NCBI GenBank assembly: GCA_002269645.1
Contig: NIVC01004383.1
Coordinates: forward strand, 1 to 47,910
Length of the DNA stretch: 47,910 nt
Direction: 5' to 3'
Source of the DNA: Macrostomum lignano
Taxonomy: Eukaryota
A program made the translations under genes and the position numbers. Each line of letters starts with the position of its first letter. The first letter of the stretch is position 1. This document shows, piece by piece, positions 28,801 through 40,003 of this stretch. Below the pieces are notes generated by a model, which was not told where the DNA came from, made no database searches, and saw nothing but the letters and a program-made list of their open reading frames with translations.

Positions 28801-31800
28801 AGCCAGCAAACTGGCTCTGCATCTGGGTTTTGCAGAATGTGCAATACTGGCCAAGGGCCGAGGCTGACGCGCTGACCAGCTCTGGATTGCTCAGAGCGTT
28901 CAGCAGCACGGGGAACACGGCGCCAAGGAACTCCTGATGGATGTTGACCCACACGGCCATCTTGCCTAGGAAGGTGAGTCCGGTCAGCTGAAGAGGAATC
29001 GGCGTGCTATCAGGCGGCAACGATAGCACGGCGTGCAGCAGCTGTGGTGTGACCTCGTTCTCCTGCCTGCGGTGGGTGGGCGAGGGGTGGCAACAGCTAG
29101 AGTACATCAATCGATAGACATCGATGTACATGTATGGGGCGCGCAGCTTTGGGGTTTACCCAGCCGTTCCAAGTCACGTGACGACTTACATCTGCGTGCA
29201 TGCGTGCCAAAAAATTGAAACGACTGGATGAATAAACACGCCTCGAAACTCAGGCTAAAGACTTTCTGAGTGGCCCTCAGTACACGAGCGTCACATTCAC
29301 AGACAACTTGCAGCCTGCCAACACTTACGAGGACACTTCGCTAACAATGATGCACAGAATGAACAGTACAGCCTCAGTCAGACGCCAATCAGCGGAGGAG
29401 CTGGCCTCGAATTCCTTCAACAGGTTGAACATCTGCAATGATTTTTATGACAGTTCATATAGCAAAGAAATGAGTGATTGAACAAGACTAAAAAAGCGAT
29501 AGTTACTGCCACAAAAACTAGATGTCATTCACAAAAATGCGCTCGTCTACTATTTTGGCAGTAGCAAAATTGGCGTTTTTAAACAGAAGCAGCAAGAAAA
29601 AATTAGTGGCATCCTTAGCAACCAGACAGGCCGATAAACAGGTAGGCTTTCCTCTTGCCCGCTTGCATCTGACTTTGACCTCTCTCCTTACTGCTCACTC
29701 ATTGGCTGAGTTAGATTGGGCCTGCCCCTAGACTGAGTTTCGTACGCGTCTGACTTAGCCCTCTCTCTCTCTCCATATTGCTCTTTCATTGGCTGAGCTA
29801 GATTAGGCCTGCCCCTAGACTGAGTTTCGTCCGCGTCTGACTGCCCTCTCTCTCCTTACTGCTCTCTCATTGGCTGAGCTAGATTAGGCCTGCCCCTAGA
29901 CTGAGTTTCGTCCGCGTCTGACTTTGCCCTCTCTCTCTTCACTGCTCTCTCATTGGCTGAGCTAGATTGGGCCTGCCCCCTAGACTGAGTTTCGTCCGCG
30001 TCTGACTGCCCTCTCTCTCCTTACTGCTCTCTCATTGGCTGAGCTAGATTAGGCCTGCCCCTAGACTGAGTTTCGTCCGCGTCTGACTTTGCCCTCTCTC
30101 TCTTCACTGCTCTCTCATTAGCTGAGCTAGATTGGGCCTGCCCCCTAGGCTGAGCTTCGTTCGTCTTGCATTCACTTGTGGCACTGCACAGACATTAAAT
30201 TTCACAATACTCAACAAAGATTTTTTATTTCGGCAAAGTTACTCATCACTTGACATGAAGATTGATATCAGCAATGACCTGATCGAAACTAAAGTCTTTA
30301 GAAAGCCCAGCTTCACCGGCCTTATGCTGAGATTTGATGCCCTCTGCCCATGGCAATGGAAGAATGGCCTGATTCGCTGCTTTCTGCATAGAGCTTTTCT
30401 GATCTGTAGCTCCTGGAAACTGTTTCATGATGAGGTGGAACAGCTTACTGGCCATCTCATTGGGAATGGTTACCCCAGGAACTATGTGTCTCGCATTGTG
30501 AACCAGTTTTTAAATAACAAGCTGACTAATCAACAGAGCACTGAGGAGTATAATGCTAAAGAAACTAACAGCCCTACGATTGTGTTGCCGTTTTTTGGCC
30601 TATGCTCTATTGAGTGTAAGAAGAAAGTTGAAAAACTGTTCAAAAAAAGCCTCAACGTTCAGCTTAGGATCACGTTCCGCACAGAGAAGGTGTCCCAGTA
30701 TGTCTGCAACTTGAAGTCCCGTGTCCCTCGGCCTCTCAATGCAGGTGTCGTTTATAAATTTCATTGCTCTGGCGACCAGAGTATTTCGTACATCGGAAAA
30801 ACTAAGCGACACTTGTACACTAGGGTCAAGGAGCACTGGACCAAAAGATCTGCTGTACAGGAGCACCTTCTCACATGCAACTCATGCTGTAACAGCAAAC
30901 CGATTGATTTATTTAAGATTATCGATTCTTGCTGCCATGAGCACACTTTGAATATCTTAGAGGCTATGTACATCAAAGATCAGAACCCGAGCCTAAACTG
31001 CCAGCTAGCTATAGGGGTGTCAGCCGCCAACTCAGCGTGTTTTAGCTTGGAGTGTACGCTACTGCACCGTGTGTTAACTTGTGTCGATTGAAAACTACGT
31101 ACAATAATTTATATTGTGTATTCAACTTATCACAGGTATATTTATTCAACTGTTTATTAGAATTTTCAATTTCACTACTGCCCTGACGATGACCTACAAG
31201 GGTCGAAATGCATTGGCAATTGAATTAAAGTAAATAAAAACGAGTTAATGTTTGTTCTCTCATTCATTTTATTCCTATTTATTAAGCGAGCTACTCTACC
31301 AAAGTTACTCATCATTATAGGTTTCTTGGAATTTCAAGACTTAAATAAAAGCTGCTCACTGTGCAAAGTAGTCGCTCCGGCTCCACCAGATAGAGCACAT
31401 CCTCCAGCAGCTCGGTTACCCGTTCCCGGAACTCGTGGAACCCGGTCGTATCCTGGTCGGCATCGCCAGTCGTAGAGTTGGGCGAAGCGCACTGGCAGTG
31501 CTTGACTAGGGCCACCACAACTCGCTCCATGTAGGGCTGAAAGAGTTCTTTAGACTTACTAACTGACACAGCTGCGGCAAATGAATACCAGAAGGACAGT
31601 GTGTACTCTGCCAGCTCCCGGCAGGGATGCCCGACTACGGTCAGCAGTAGGTCCAGAGTGCGCAGCGAGCCCAATCCAACATTTGGTTCGTTGGTCAGCT
31701 TTGGCGTGAGGGACTGCGCCATGTCCGACCAGACTCGGCAGATACTAATACACCTGCGACAGTGACGCCAGGTAGACTCTTGGTTATATAGACTTTTGCG

Positions 31801-34800
31801 GCTTGCGACCACCTATGCTTCAGGTTGCGTCACTATCTCACTCCAAAAAATTCGGTGGACACCATTACCCCCCCCCTGACCCCAAGATTCGGTGGGTTCC
31901 ATTACCCCCCCCAAAAAAAAGATTTGGTGGGCGCCATTATCCACCCAAAGATTCGGTGGGTGCCATTATCCCCCCCCCAAAAAAAGATTTGGTGGGCGCC
32001 ATTATCCACCCCCCCCCCCGCCCAAAAATTCGGTGGGTGCCAACACCCCTCCAAAGATTCGGTAGGCGTCATTACCCCCCCCCGCCCCACAAAGATTCGC
32101 TGGGGCGCCATTTTCCCCCGGCCCCAAAGATTCGATGGGCGCCACTATATGAAGAAAACTTAGTCTCTAGCCATAGGTTTCCATACCCCACCAACCTGGA
32201 AGTGTCCTCGGCTGCCACGCTGGCCTGGTAGGCGGGCTCCAGGCCTAAGGCGGCGTTAACCATGGCCGGCACCACGGTGGGGTACAAGTCAACAGCTTCG
32301 ACAGCGTAGAAGGCGGAGCACAGGCACTCGGCGGCGGTCGTGTGAGCGGACTCGGCCAGGTCAGGCGACAACGAGCCGGCAGTGGCGGTCTGACTGCCAG
32401 CAATGAACCGGAAAGGCGCCAGCAGCAAGTCCATTCGATGCTGCTCAACAAAATCGTTATCGGCGAATACGCCGACTGACCACCACTGGCCGAAGGTGCC
32501 AATCAGTCTGTTGGCCAGCTTCCAATTGCCGGCCGATTCGTACTGGTTGAGACAGCTGGCCTGTGAATAGATTAGAGTAAACATGTTTAACCTATGTTGA
32601 TAAGAATTTTACTACTGACAAAAGTAGAATATAAGCATGTGAGTCTAGAATGTTTGAAAAAGTTCCATATAAAAATGACTTTTGGGGGGGGTTATTTGAT
32701 TTTAATAATAAACTTAAATATGGACTCATATCAGTATACTGTCGATGTCAGCATAGCCAAACTGGTGTCAGCATTGCCAAACTGGTGTCAGCATTGCCAA
32801 ACTGGTGTCAGCATTGCCAAACTGGTGTCAGCATTGCCAAACTGGTGTCAGCATAGCCAAACTGGTGTCAGCAAAGCCAAACTGGTGTCAGCATTGCCAA
32901 ACTGGTGTCAGCATTGCCAAACTGGTGTCAGCATAGCCAAACTGGTGTCAGCACTGCCAAACTGGTGTCAGCACTGCCAAACTGGTGTCAGCATAGCCAA
33001 ACTGGTGTCAGCATTGCCAAACTGGTGTCAGCATAGCCAAACTGGTGTCAGCATAGCCAAACTGGTGTCAGCATAGCCAAACTGGTGTCAGCAAAGCCAA
33101 ACTGGTGTCAGCAAAGCCAAACTGGTGTCAGCATAGCCAAACTGGTGTCAGCATAGCCAAACTGGTGTCAGCAAAGCCAAACTGGTGTCAGCAAAGCCAA
33201 ACTGGTGTCAGCATAGCCAAACTGGTGTCAGCATAGCCAAACTGGTGTCAGCAAAGCCAAACTCAACAGAGACGGAACTCACAAAGAAGTCCAACAGCTC
33301 CAGCCTGTGCTGATCCCATTCTCCAATGAGTTCGTGCCGGCGGTTCTGGCCAAGCCGCAACGATTTATTATTAATCTCCTCCGGCATTACAAACAATATC
33401 TCAAGCAGATTGTCCATCAAGTGGCCGTCTCGCGATAATGTAACGATAATTTCCTGCAGGGAATTGCGCCACTGCACCATCTGCAGTGCCAGGTCGGCTA
33501 TGGCCAGGCACAGCTGGGTGACTACCTGAGGCGAGGTGCGACTTTGACTGTTGAGATGGCTGAATAGAGAGGCCTTTAGGTCCTGCGATTGAAATGAGTT
33601 TTTTTAAATATAAGACAACCATCTTCAAGTTGCTACTACTAGTAGAAACATTTTTCTTAATTAAATAACAAATTGTAAATTAAATTAAACAGACATACAT
33701 GATGCGTATTAGGCGGCAGCTCGTGGAACTGGTACTTGATCTGAAATGGTTACAAAAAGTTCATTCAAATATCAATGACATCTAAGAAAGAAACAAAGAT
33801 AGAGAACAACCTTAGATCGCATAGTCTGAGCGGCAAAGTAGCAACAGCTCAGGTCAGTGTTGTGCTGCAGGATGTCGTTACAGATTTGCCAAGAGTAGAT
33901 CTGTATGAATGCAATTAGTGGAGGGTACTCATTGGAATAGGGCCATATCAAAATTAAAATGATATTATTTGCAAAGTATATAACTCATTTTTGCAAGAAT
34001 CCTAATGTTTAGAAATTAGTTGCTGCAAGATTTTTTTACATCATTTGAAGATATGATTTTAACACATTTTTAAGATATATACCTCCATATGAACTACAAG
34101 CATATTAAAATAATAAAATTAACTAAGTAATTATATTGACAAATGGCTGCTTAAATGAAATGCTAATATTATCCCTAGTTATAGACTTAAATCCTTTTCT
34201 AGTTTAATATGACAAAAAATATATTATTTTCTTAAAAAATTGTTTGTTGTTTAGTGCATTCATGTTACTTGTAGTGGAAAGATGCATTTTTGACTAATAA
34301 TTAATATTATAATAATAATAATTAATTGTTTATTAATAAAGTTTGTTGGCATTTAGCATGGCTTGTAAGTAGAATATTTAGAGATAAAAAAATTATTTAT
34401 TTTATAACTATATGTATTAAAAAAATTAATTTTGAAAGTTTTTTAAGTCAAAATTTTTTTTTTGAAATTTGGAAAAACCAAAAATATATTGAATTTTTTA
34501 AATATCATCTAGATTTCTGTTGCAATTCAATGTTTCATATATGAATGCTACTAGTAAATGCCAGTAAGAATGCTAGTAAAAGTAAGAAATACTAAGATAA
34601 ATACTAAGATATATACTCAAACTTTTTCTTAGTTTATACTCATTATATACTTAGACTAATATTTAGACAAGTGCTTAGACCCAATTCAAAGACTATTGCT
34701 TAGAGATAAATTGTAATCTAGCACAACTTTGGTAGCATTAGTGAAGTTAGAAAATCTCCCATTATAAGTTGTTAAATGATTGATAGTAAGAGTTTACCTC

Positions 34801-37722
34801 TATAAAAACTTTGGTAACAACCATAATAAGATTATTTTAGAAGGTACAACCAATAGCCCTCTCACAACTTGCTTGCAGCAATGAAATTGGTTCAAAAAGT
34901 AGAACATTTTGAGAGGACAGAAGTAACCTCCAGGGCATTAGCTATTGCCAAAATTTCATTGTAGCATATACTTTCTCTATAATAATGCAAGAATATGCTA
35001 CAAGAACATATGACTAAAAGATATAGAATTAAGGTCTATGAAGTTTGCTTGTGAGAAGTTTGCTTGACTACGTTTGCCTGCAGAAATTTGCTTGCCAAAG
35101 TCTGCTTGCCAAACTTTGCTTGCCAGGCTTTGCTTGCCAAACTTTGCTTGTTAAATTTTTCTTGCAGGAAATTTGCTTGCTGCATATAAGCTTGCCAAAG
35201 TTTGTTTGCAGGAACTTTGCTTGCCAAACTTTGCTTGTAGAAATTTTGCTTGCTGAGGTTTGCCAGCCAGTTTCCTTGTGGAAATCAGGAACTACAAAGA
35301 TATATACTTTTACCAATCCCTGTCTATCTTCTATCTATACTAAATGTTGAATCATTCTATATACTAAATTCTTAAAATGAAACTCTATAAGCCTAGTTTG
35401 AAAGCTTAGTTTCAAGTCAGTTTACTTTGATGCTGATAAGAATCTACTTGCAAAGCATCTGTAGACTTTAGTAAGTAATAATTGAATGACGAACTTCACA
35501 AGCAATCAAAACAAGCAAGCAAACAAGAAAATAATTTAGCAAGTTAAAACCTTGCAATAGTGATTGCAAATTTCTAGGAAGCAGACATCAAAATTCTGCA
35601 AAGAAAGTTTGGCAAGCAAAGCTCTTACAAGAAAAGTTCAGCAAGCAAAGTTCCTACAAGCAAAGTTTGGCAGGCAAAGTTCCTGCAACCAAACTTTGGC
35701 AAGGAGAATTCCTCCAACCAAATTATCTACAAGCAAAGTGTGGCAAACAAAGTTTGGCAGGCAAACTTTGGCAGGCAAACTTTGACAAGAAAACTTTGGC
35801 AAGCAAAGTTTGGCAAGCAAACTTCCCACAAGCAAATGTTGTACTCCTATAGAATTGGCTAATATATATTTCACTAGGCTTACCTTGCCATAATTAATAT
35901 AAGTAATTGATTGTTACTAGTGGTTTAAATCTACTTTGGCAAAAGAATTTTCAATGAAAGTCAATAATAGCAAAACTTTTGCAATGACCATCCTATATCC
36001 TAAAAATGAGTTATTTTTTATCTAAAGCTAGCCATTTTTAGTGAAAAATTTGTTGCAATAGATCTAAGCTTTAGCAAAGAGCAAAGAGTTAGTTGTTTTA
36101 GAAAAAAGTCAAAATGAAAAAAGACTATCTTGTTGTTACATCTTTTATTATATGGCAATTTTTTATTATTTAAATGCTGTTTTTTTAGGTGCCATTCCTT
36201 TATATCAAGATTTCAAAGTTCAATTTAGGAACTAGAACTGAAAAACTATACTATCATTCCTAGAATCTATCAATTGCACTTTATATGTATATAACATAGA
36301 GCACTAACTAAGTTATAAGTTTTTTTAATTTAAAAATTATAAATATATAATGTAAAAGGTGGTCAATGAAAAATTTTTAAAGCTACAACTACCAAAGTGG
36401 CATATTTACAATTATAGTTATAAGTTATAAATAGCCTATCTATCTTTTAGCCAAACTCGTTACTTTTTTTGGCCAAAATATATCTATAACTCAGAACATC
36501 CTGAATGTATGCTGGACTAAAATCTCCTACAATTTATTTGGTACACCTATTTGCACCAAATTTTTTCCAACCTAGAAAAAATTATAATTCTAGAAAAAAA
36601 TTAGGCTTGTTACGAGCTTCATTTAGTGTTGCAATGCACCAAAAAACCTTTTTTTAGCCAAAAATTCCTCCTAAAAAAGGTCATTTGGTTTTCACAAGTA
36701 AAGTTTTCTAAGAAAGGCTTTTGTACGAAAATTCTTTCAAATACTACGAATATTTTCATTTTAAACAAACTTAAATTAAACCTAGAGAAAAGAGAATGCA
36801 AAATTTACATTCTTAGCAATAATTTACACAAGTTTTATTCATTGTTAATTTTAAAAAAGCAAAAAGTTTATCACTGATTATCTAGACTATACAAATTTTC
36901 CTTCATTTTACGTAAAAACTAAAAAGGGTTAATTTACATTACAATTTTTATACACAGCATGAATTTATTCACCAAAATTGGTACGCCAAAAATTTCTCGA
37001 GCTCAAGGTAGTACGCCAAAATAGCCAAACTTTTCAATGGTACGCCGGAAAATTCTGGCTTACATGTAACCTTCCTGAGTTTGGATAGTGGAAAATCAAT
37101 GCATGCCAAGATTTTTTTCATTCTTTTAAAATAATTACTTTCTATTTAAATTTACTCTTATTTCACAATTTGATTCTGCAACTGCAAGAACATGTATACC
37201 ACTTTTTCACTATTTTTATATGCTAGATAGCATGGCCGGTTTCCAAAAAAAAATTTTTTATGCCAAGTATACACCAAAAGTTGTGAACTATCTTTTGCCA
37301 AAAAATATTTTGCCTAAATGGGCTGCATTCTGATTAACTGGTGCATATGGATGAAATTTAAAATACTTATTTAGATTGGAAACTAAAAAGAAAAGTAGCA
37401 GCAAAAATTAATAATTAAATAAGTAAAATAAATTAAATAAAGAAAATAGTTGGGAATTAATAAAATGTTTTAATGAATTTGCCTAAATTTATACAATTCA
37501 GTGGTTCATAATTATAACTTAATCCTAATTAAAATTCAAATGGTGAAAGTACTTAAAAAGTTGACTCACTGATTTTTGAAATCCATCAAGCCACTGTGAA
37601 GCACTCTCTTTGGACAAATGTCCATTGCCATTGCCATTATTGTACAAAACACCAACTGCTTCAACAACTGAGGTGTAGGAGTAGGTGTCTGATGTGGACT
37701 GCTTCTCAGAGGACATAGTCAT
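25884..37722 (-). CDS. TNPO3: Transportin-3 (importin-beta family), 969 aa. Exons 37722-37570, 33900-33811, 33740-33699, 33582-33283, 32560-32196, 31753-31360, 29432-29329, 29066-28742, 28249-27869, 26639-25884
   Basis: All ten exons join in frame through GT-AG sites (2910 nt). Motifs VEAVGVLY..KESASQWL, CYFAAQTMRSKI, VTQLCLAIADLALQM, MPEEINNKSLRLGQNRR, WRLTEAVLFI, QNPDMAEDLFRLCTRFLQ match the TNPO3/Mtr10 family. Confidence 0.95.
26690..27765. repeat. G-rich minisatellite, 29/30-bp unit GGGAGCTTTGGGGTGGGTCAGCTGGAGTTT, about 36 copies, TNPO3 intron 9
   Basis: Tandem units read directly; source of the spurious ORFs at 26695-27786. Confidence 0.97.
28300..28712. repeat. Minisatellite, 28-bp unit GAGGATCTGGGAGGCTGGCCAAGAAACT, about 14 copies, TNPO3 intron 8
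   Basis: Tandem units read directly. Confidence 0.95.
29660..30165. repeat. Tandem repeat, about 82-bp unit, about 6 copies, TNPO3 intron 6
   Basis: Unit core CTCTCATTGGCTGAGCTAGATTAGGCCTGCCCCTAGACTGAGTTTCGTCCGCGTCTGAC recurs at 81-87 bp spacing. Confidence 0.95.
30249..31299 (+). mobile_element. 5'-truncated Penelope-like retroelement (RT thumb + GIY-YIG endonuclease + 3' pLTR), antisense in TNPO3 intron 6
   Basis: Open frame LDMKI...VFRKPSFTG...LHRAFLICS, then VVYKFHC...YIGKTKRHLYTRVKEH...LEAMYIKDQNPSLN (GIY-YIG), stop at 31091. 15-bp TSD CAAAGTTACTCATCA at 30234-30248 and 31300-31314. Confidence 0.93.
31179..31218 (+). ncRNA. Minimal type I hammerhead ribozyme in the Penelope 3' terminus
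   Basis: Stem I TGCC/GGCA; core CTGACGA(T); stem II GACC-tacaag-GGTC; GAAA; palindromic stem III ATGCAT; predicted cleavage triplet AUU at 31212-31214. Confidence 0.8.
31845..32145. repeat. Degenerate minisatellite (about 33-37 bp, AAGATTCGGTGGGCGCCATTATCCCCCCC), about 8 copies, TNPO3 intron 5
   Basis: Imperfect tandem units with variable C and A runs. Confidence 0.85.
32745..33263. repeat. Minisatellite, 20-bp unit AAACTGGTGTCAGCATTGCC, about 26 copies, TNPO3 intron 4
   Basis: Tandem units read directly; begins about 20 bp from the donor. Confidence 0.97.
35031..35847. mobile_element. Foldback-like non-autonomous element: inverted arrays of TTTGCTTGCCAAAC-type units around an AT-rich core, with a possible 9-bp TSD
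   Basis: The left array (about 35045-35270) is mirrored by the right array (about 35580-35838). Outer ends TTTGCTTGTGAGAAGTTTGCTTG and CAAGCAAACTTCCCACAAGCAAA are complementary. TATAGAATT at 35022-35030 and 35848-35856. Confidence 0.7.
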
Positions 37723-38274
37723 TAAAATGAATTGTATATTAAGCTTAATTATAAAAATAGTTAGTGTTGATTCAAATCAAGATATCTAGTTTTTAAACAT
37801 TAGGTCAAGAATCTCAAGTAGACTAAATATTAAAGTTTTTAATGGCAAAAGAAGCGCTAGATAATTTCGAAAGAGCGTCAAAAACCAATCGTTAAAAGCG
37901 AATTGAGTCTATAAATTCCCTGCTGCAGTTCTTGTATGCGTTACGTCTCGAGACTGAAGTCTTAGTTTGAATGTTTGACATACTGAATCCAAGGAAAATT
38001 TATTACTGTACTGATTTAAATTACAATAAAAATTTGTTCGTAGCGAAATGGCATTCTATTTTAGTTATATTTAGTTTACTAATAAAAATTAGGCCAAACT
38101 ATTAAATTCCTTTGCATCCGAAATATTTTAACCTTAGTAAATCAGTTGTTTTATCTTTCATAATTGTCCGTGAAAACCAAACCCGGTAAATGGGCCTTTT
38201 AAACATGCACGCACTAATTATGACTCAAGTAGAGATGTACCATACATATCTAGGCTGACTTAAATATGTCTATT

Positions 38275-38470
38275 AGAGATGAGAGAGATCGAAGAGACAG
38301 GAGGTGAGAAGAGAGAAAATTAGAAGAGAGAGAAGAGGAGAAAAGAGAAGAGAGGAGAGACAAAAGAGGAGAGGAGAGAGAAAGACGAGAGATGAGAAAA
38401 GAAAGGAGAGAGGAGATAAGATAAGAGAGAGTTCGAGGAGACGGAAGAGAAGTGAGGAGAGAAGAGAGAC
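38275..38470. repeat. Purine-rich (GA) low-complexity tract
   Basis: Almost only A and G for about 190 bp. Confidence 0.9.
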
Positions 38471-40003
38471 GGTTCAAAGGCCTCAAATTTTATTTTTAAC
38501 ACGAATTTAATCCAATTTTTTATCTTCATCTTAACTACTAATTAAACAAGCTTTTGTTTGAGGCCAACTTCAGATTTCGGAATGTATGCAAAAAATAGTT
38601 CAGAGGATTAAAATTCAGCGGGCTCAAAATCCGCGGGTGCAACAGCTTGTACAATAAATAAATATATCAGATACGCGTATACTTTTTATATACTTTATCT
38701 CTGATGCTTGATTATAACTAAAAAATTAAACAGCTGCTAAAGTTCTGAGATGGTACCTACCTAAACCTTGCTGCAAATTTTCTCGGCTGGCAAGTGTTCC
38801 TAGACCCTAAGGAGTGCCCATAATTTGTCGTGCCGCTAGCGCTTTTACATGCTCTCGAAAGATTGGATTTTCCTACATGTATCGCGGATATCTCTCGACC
38901 GAATGTGGCGAAAATCAATTCAGCGCTATACTTAGTTTTCTAGACTTCATCTGGGCAACAAACACATCCTCTGCGCATTCTTCTAGCCAAAGAAACAATT
39001 ATGGGGCATTATTTAATATCTTATACTTCAAGAAAAGCTGAAATACTAGTGTATCGTAGTACAATCCTACTTTCGGTGGTGATGCAAACCTAATATACAT
39101 GTAGGCAACTAACCAACAGTATGCAATGCAAAAAGCAGAAGTTTCAAGAAATCATAAAAGAAGATATATTATTTATTGCCTCCTGCTTTATTTTATGAAG
39201 GCTAAAAATAACAGTAATTTTCATTTTACGAGCTAGTTCAAACGAATCATTTCACATCAGAATCGCAACTCGAATTGATCATTTTCTAAATTGCTAGCTT
39301 TAGACATTACAGCAATATCCCAAATTTTAAAGCAATCGCGCAAATACCCTACTGTTAGTAAAACAAATCGACCAGCTGGATCATTAAAGTCCTACAAATT
39401 AATCAGCTTTATTATATGCCGAGCTGTCTACTGCATAGGAAGGGCGTGGTCCCCGAACTGTAACCCAAGCATTAAAAAACGGATAAAAATGTATAGGCAA
39501 ACGAACTCGAACACATGGTTTTCAATCCAAAGAAGACAGATTTAGCAGGATGAGAGTTGTATTAGCGCTTTTTGTTATTCACCTTGAAAAATGTACAGCT
39601 GACATGGCCTGGATAGTTAATTAAGTTGTACAAAAAGGAGAACAATCAAAGCCTAATTGTATGTACAGAAGCAGGTGCAACGTATGTAATCACAAAGCTG
39701 AACAAGTCGAAAACAAAAAACGAGAAAACTGGTCGCGCAGAAAATCTAAAGAATGAACGGTAATTCCGCATCTAAACTGGCTGCCAGGCTGTGTCGCGCG
39801 GGGGAGATCGGTGTGAGAATACATTAAAAAAAGGGGGAGGGGGAAGAATTAGAAAAAGATAAGATAAGCAGAGAAAGAGAGAAGGGGAAGAAACAATGTT
39901 GATATTACGTTGAGGAGAAACACCACACCAACTCTTAGAACAGAGAGATTAACTAGGACGGCCTGGACGGGCACGGAGCAGGGTGGCTTGGGTAGGGTCG
40001 ATG

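Noticed and set aside
36530-37060. MITE remnant with repeated GGTACGCC/GGTACACC motifs
   Set aside because: Too degenerate to define TIRs or boundaries.
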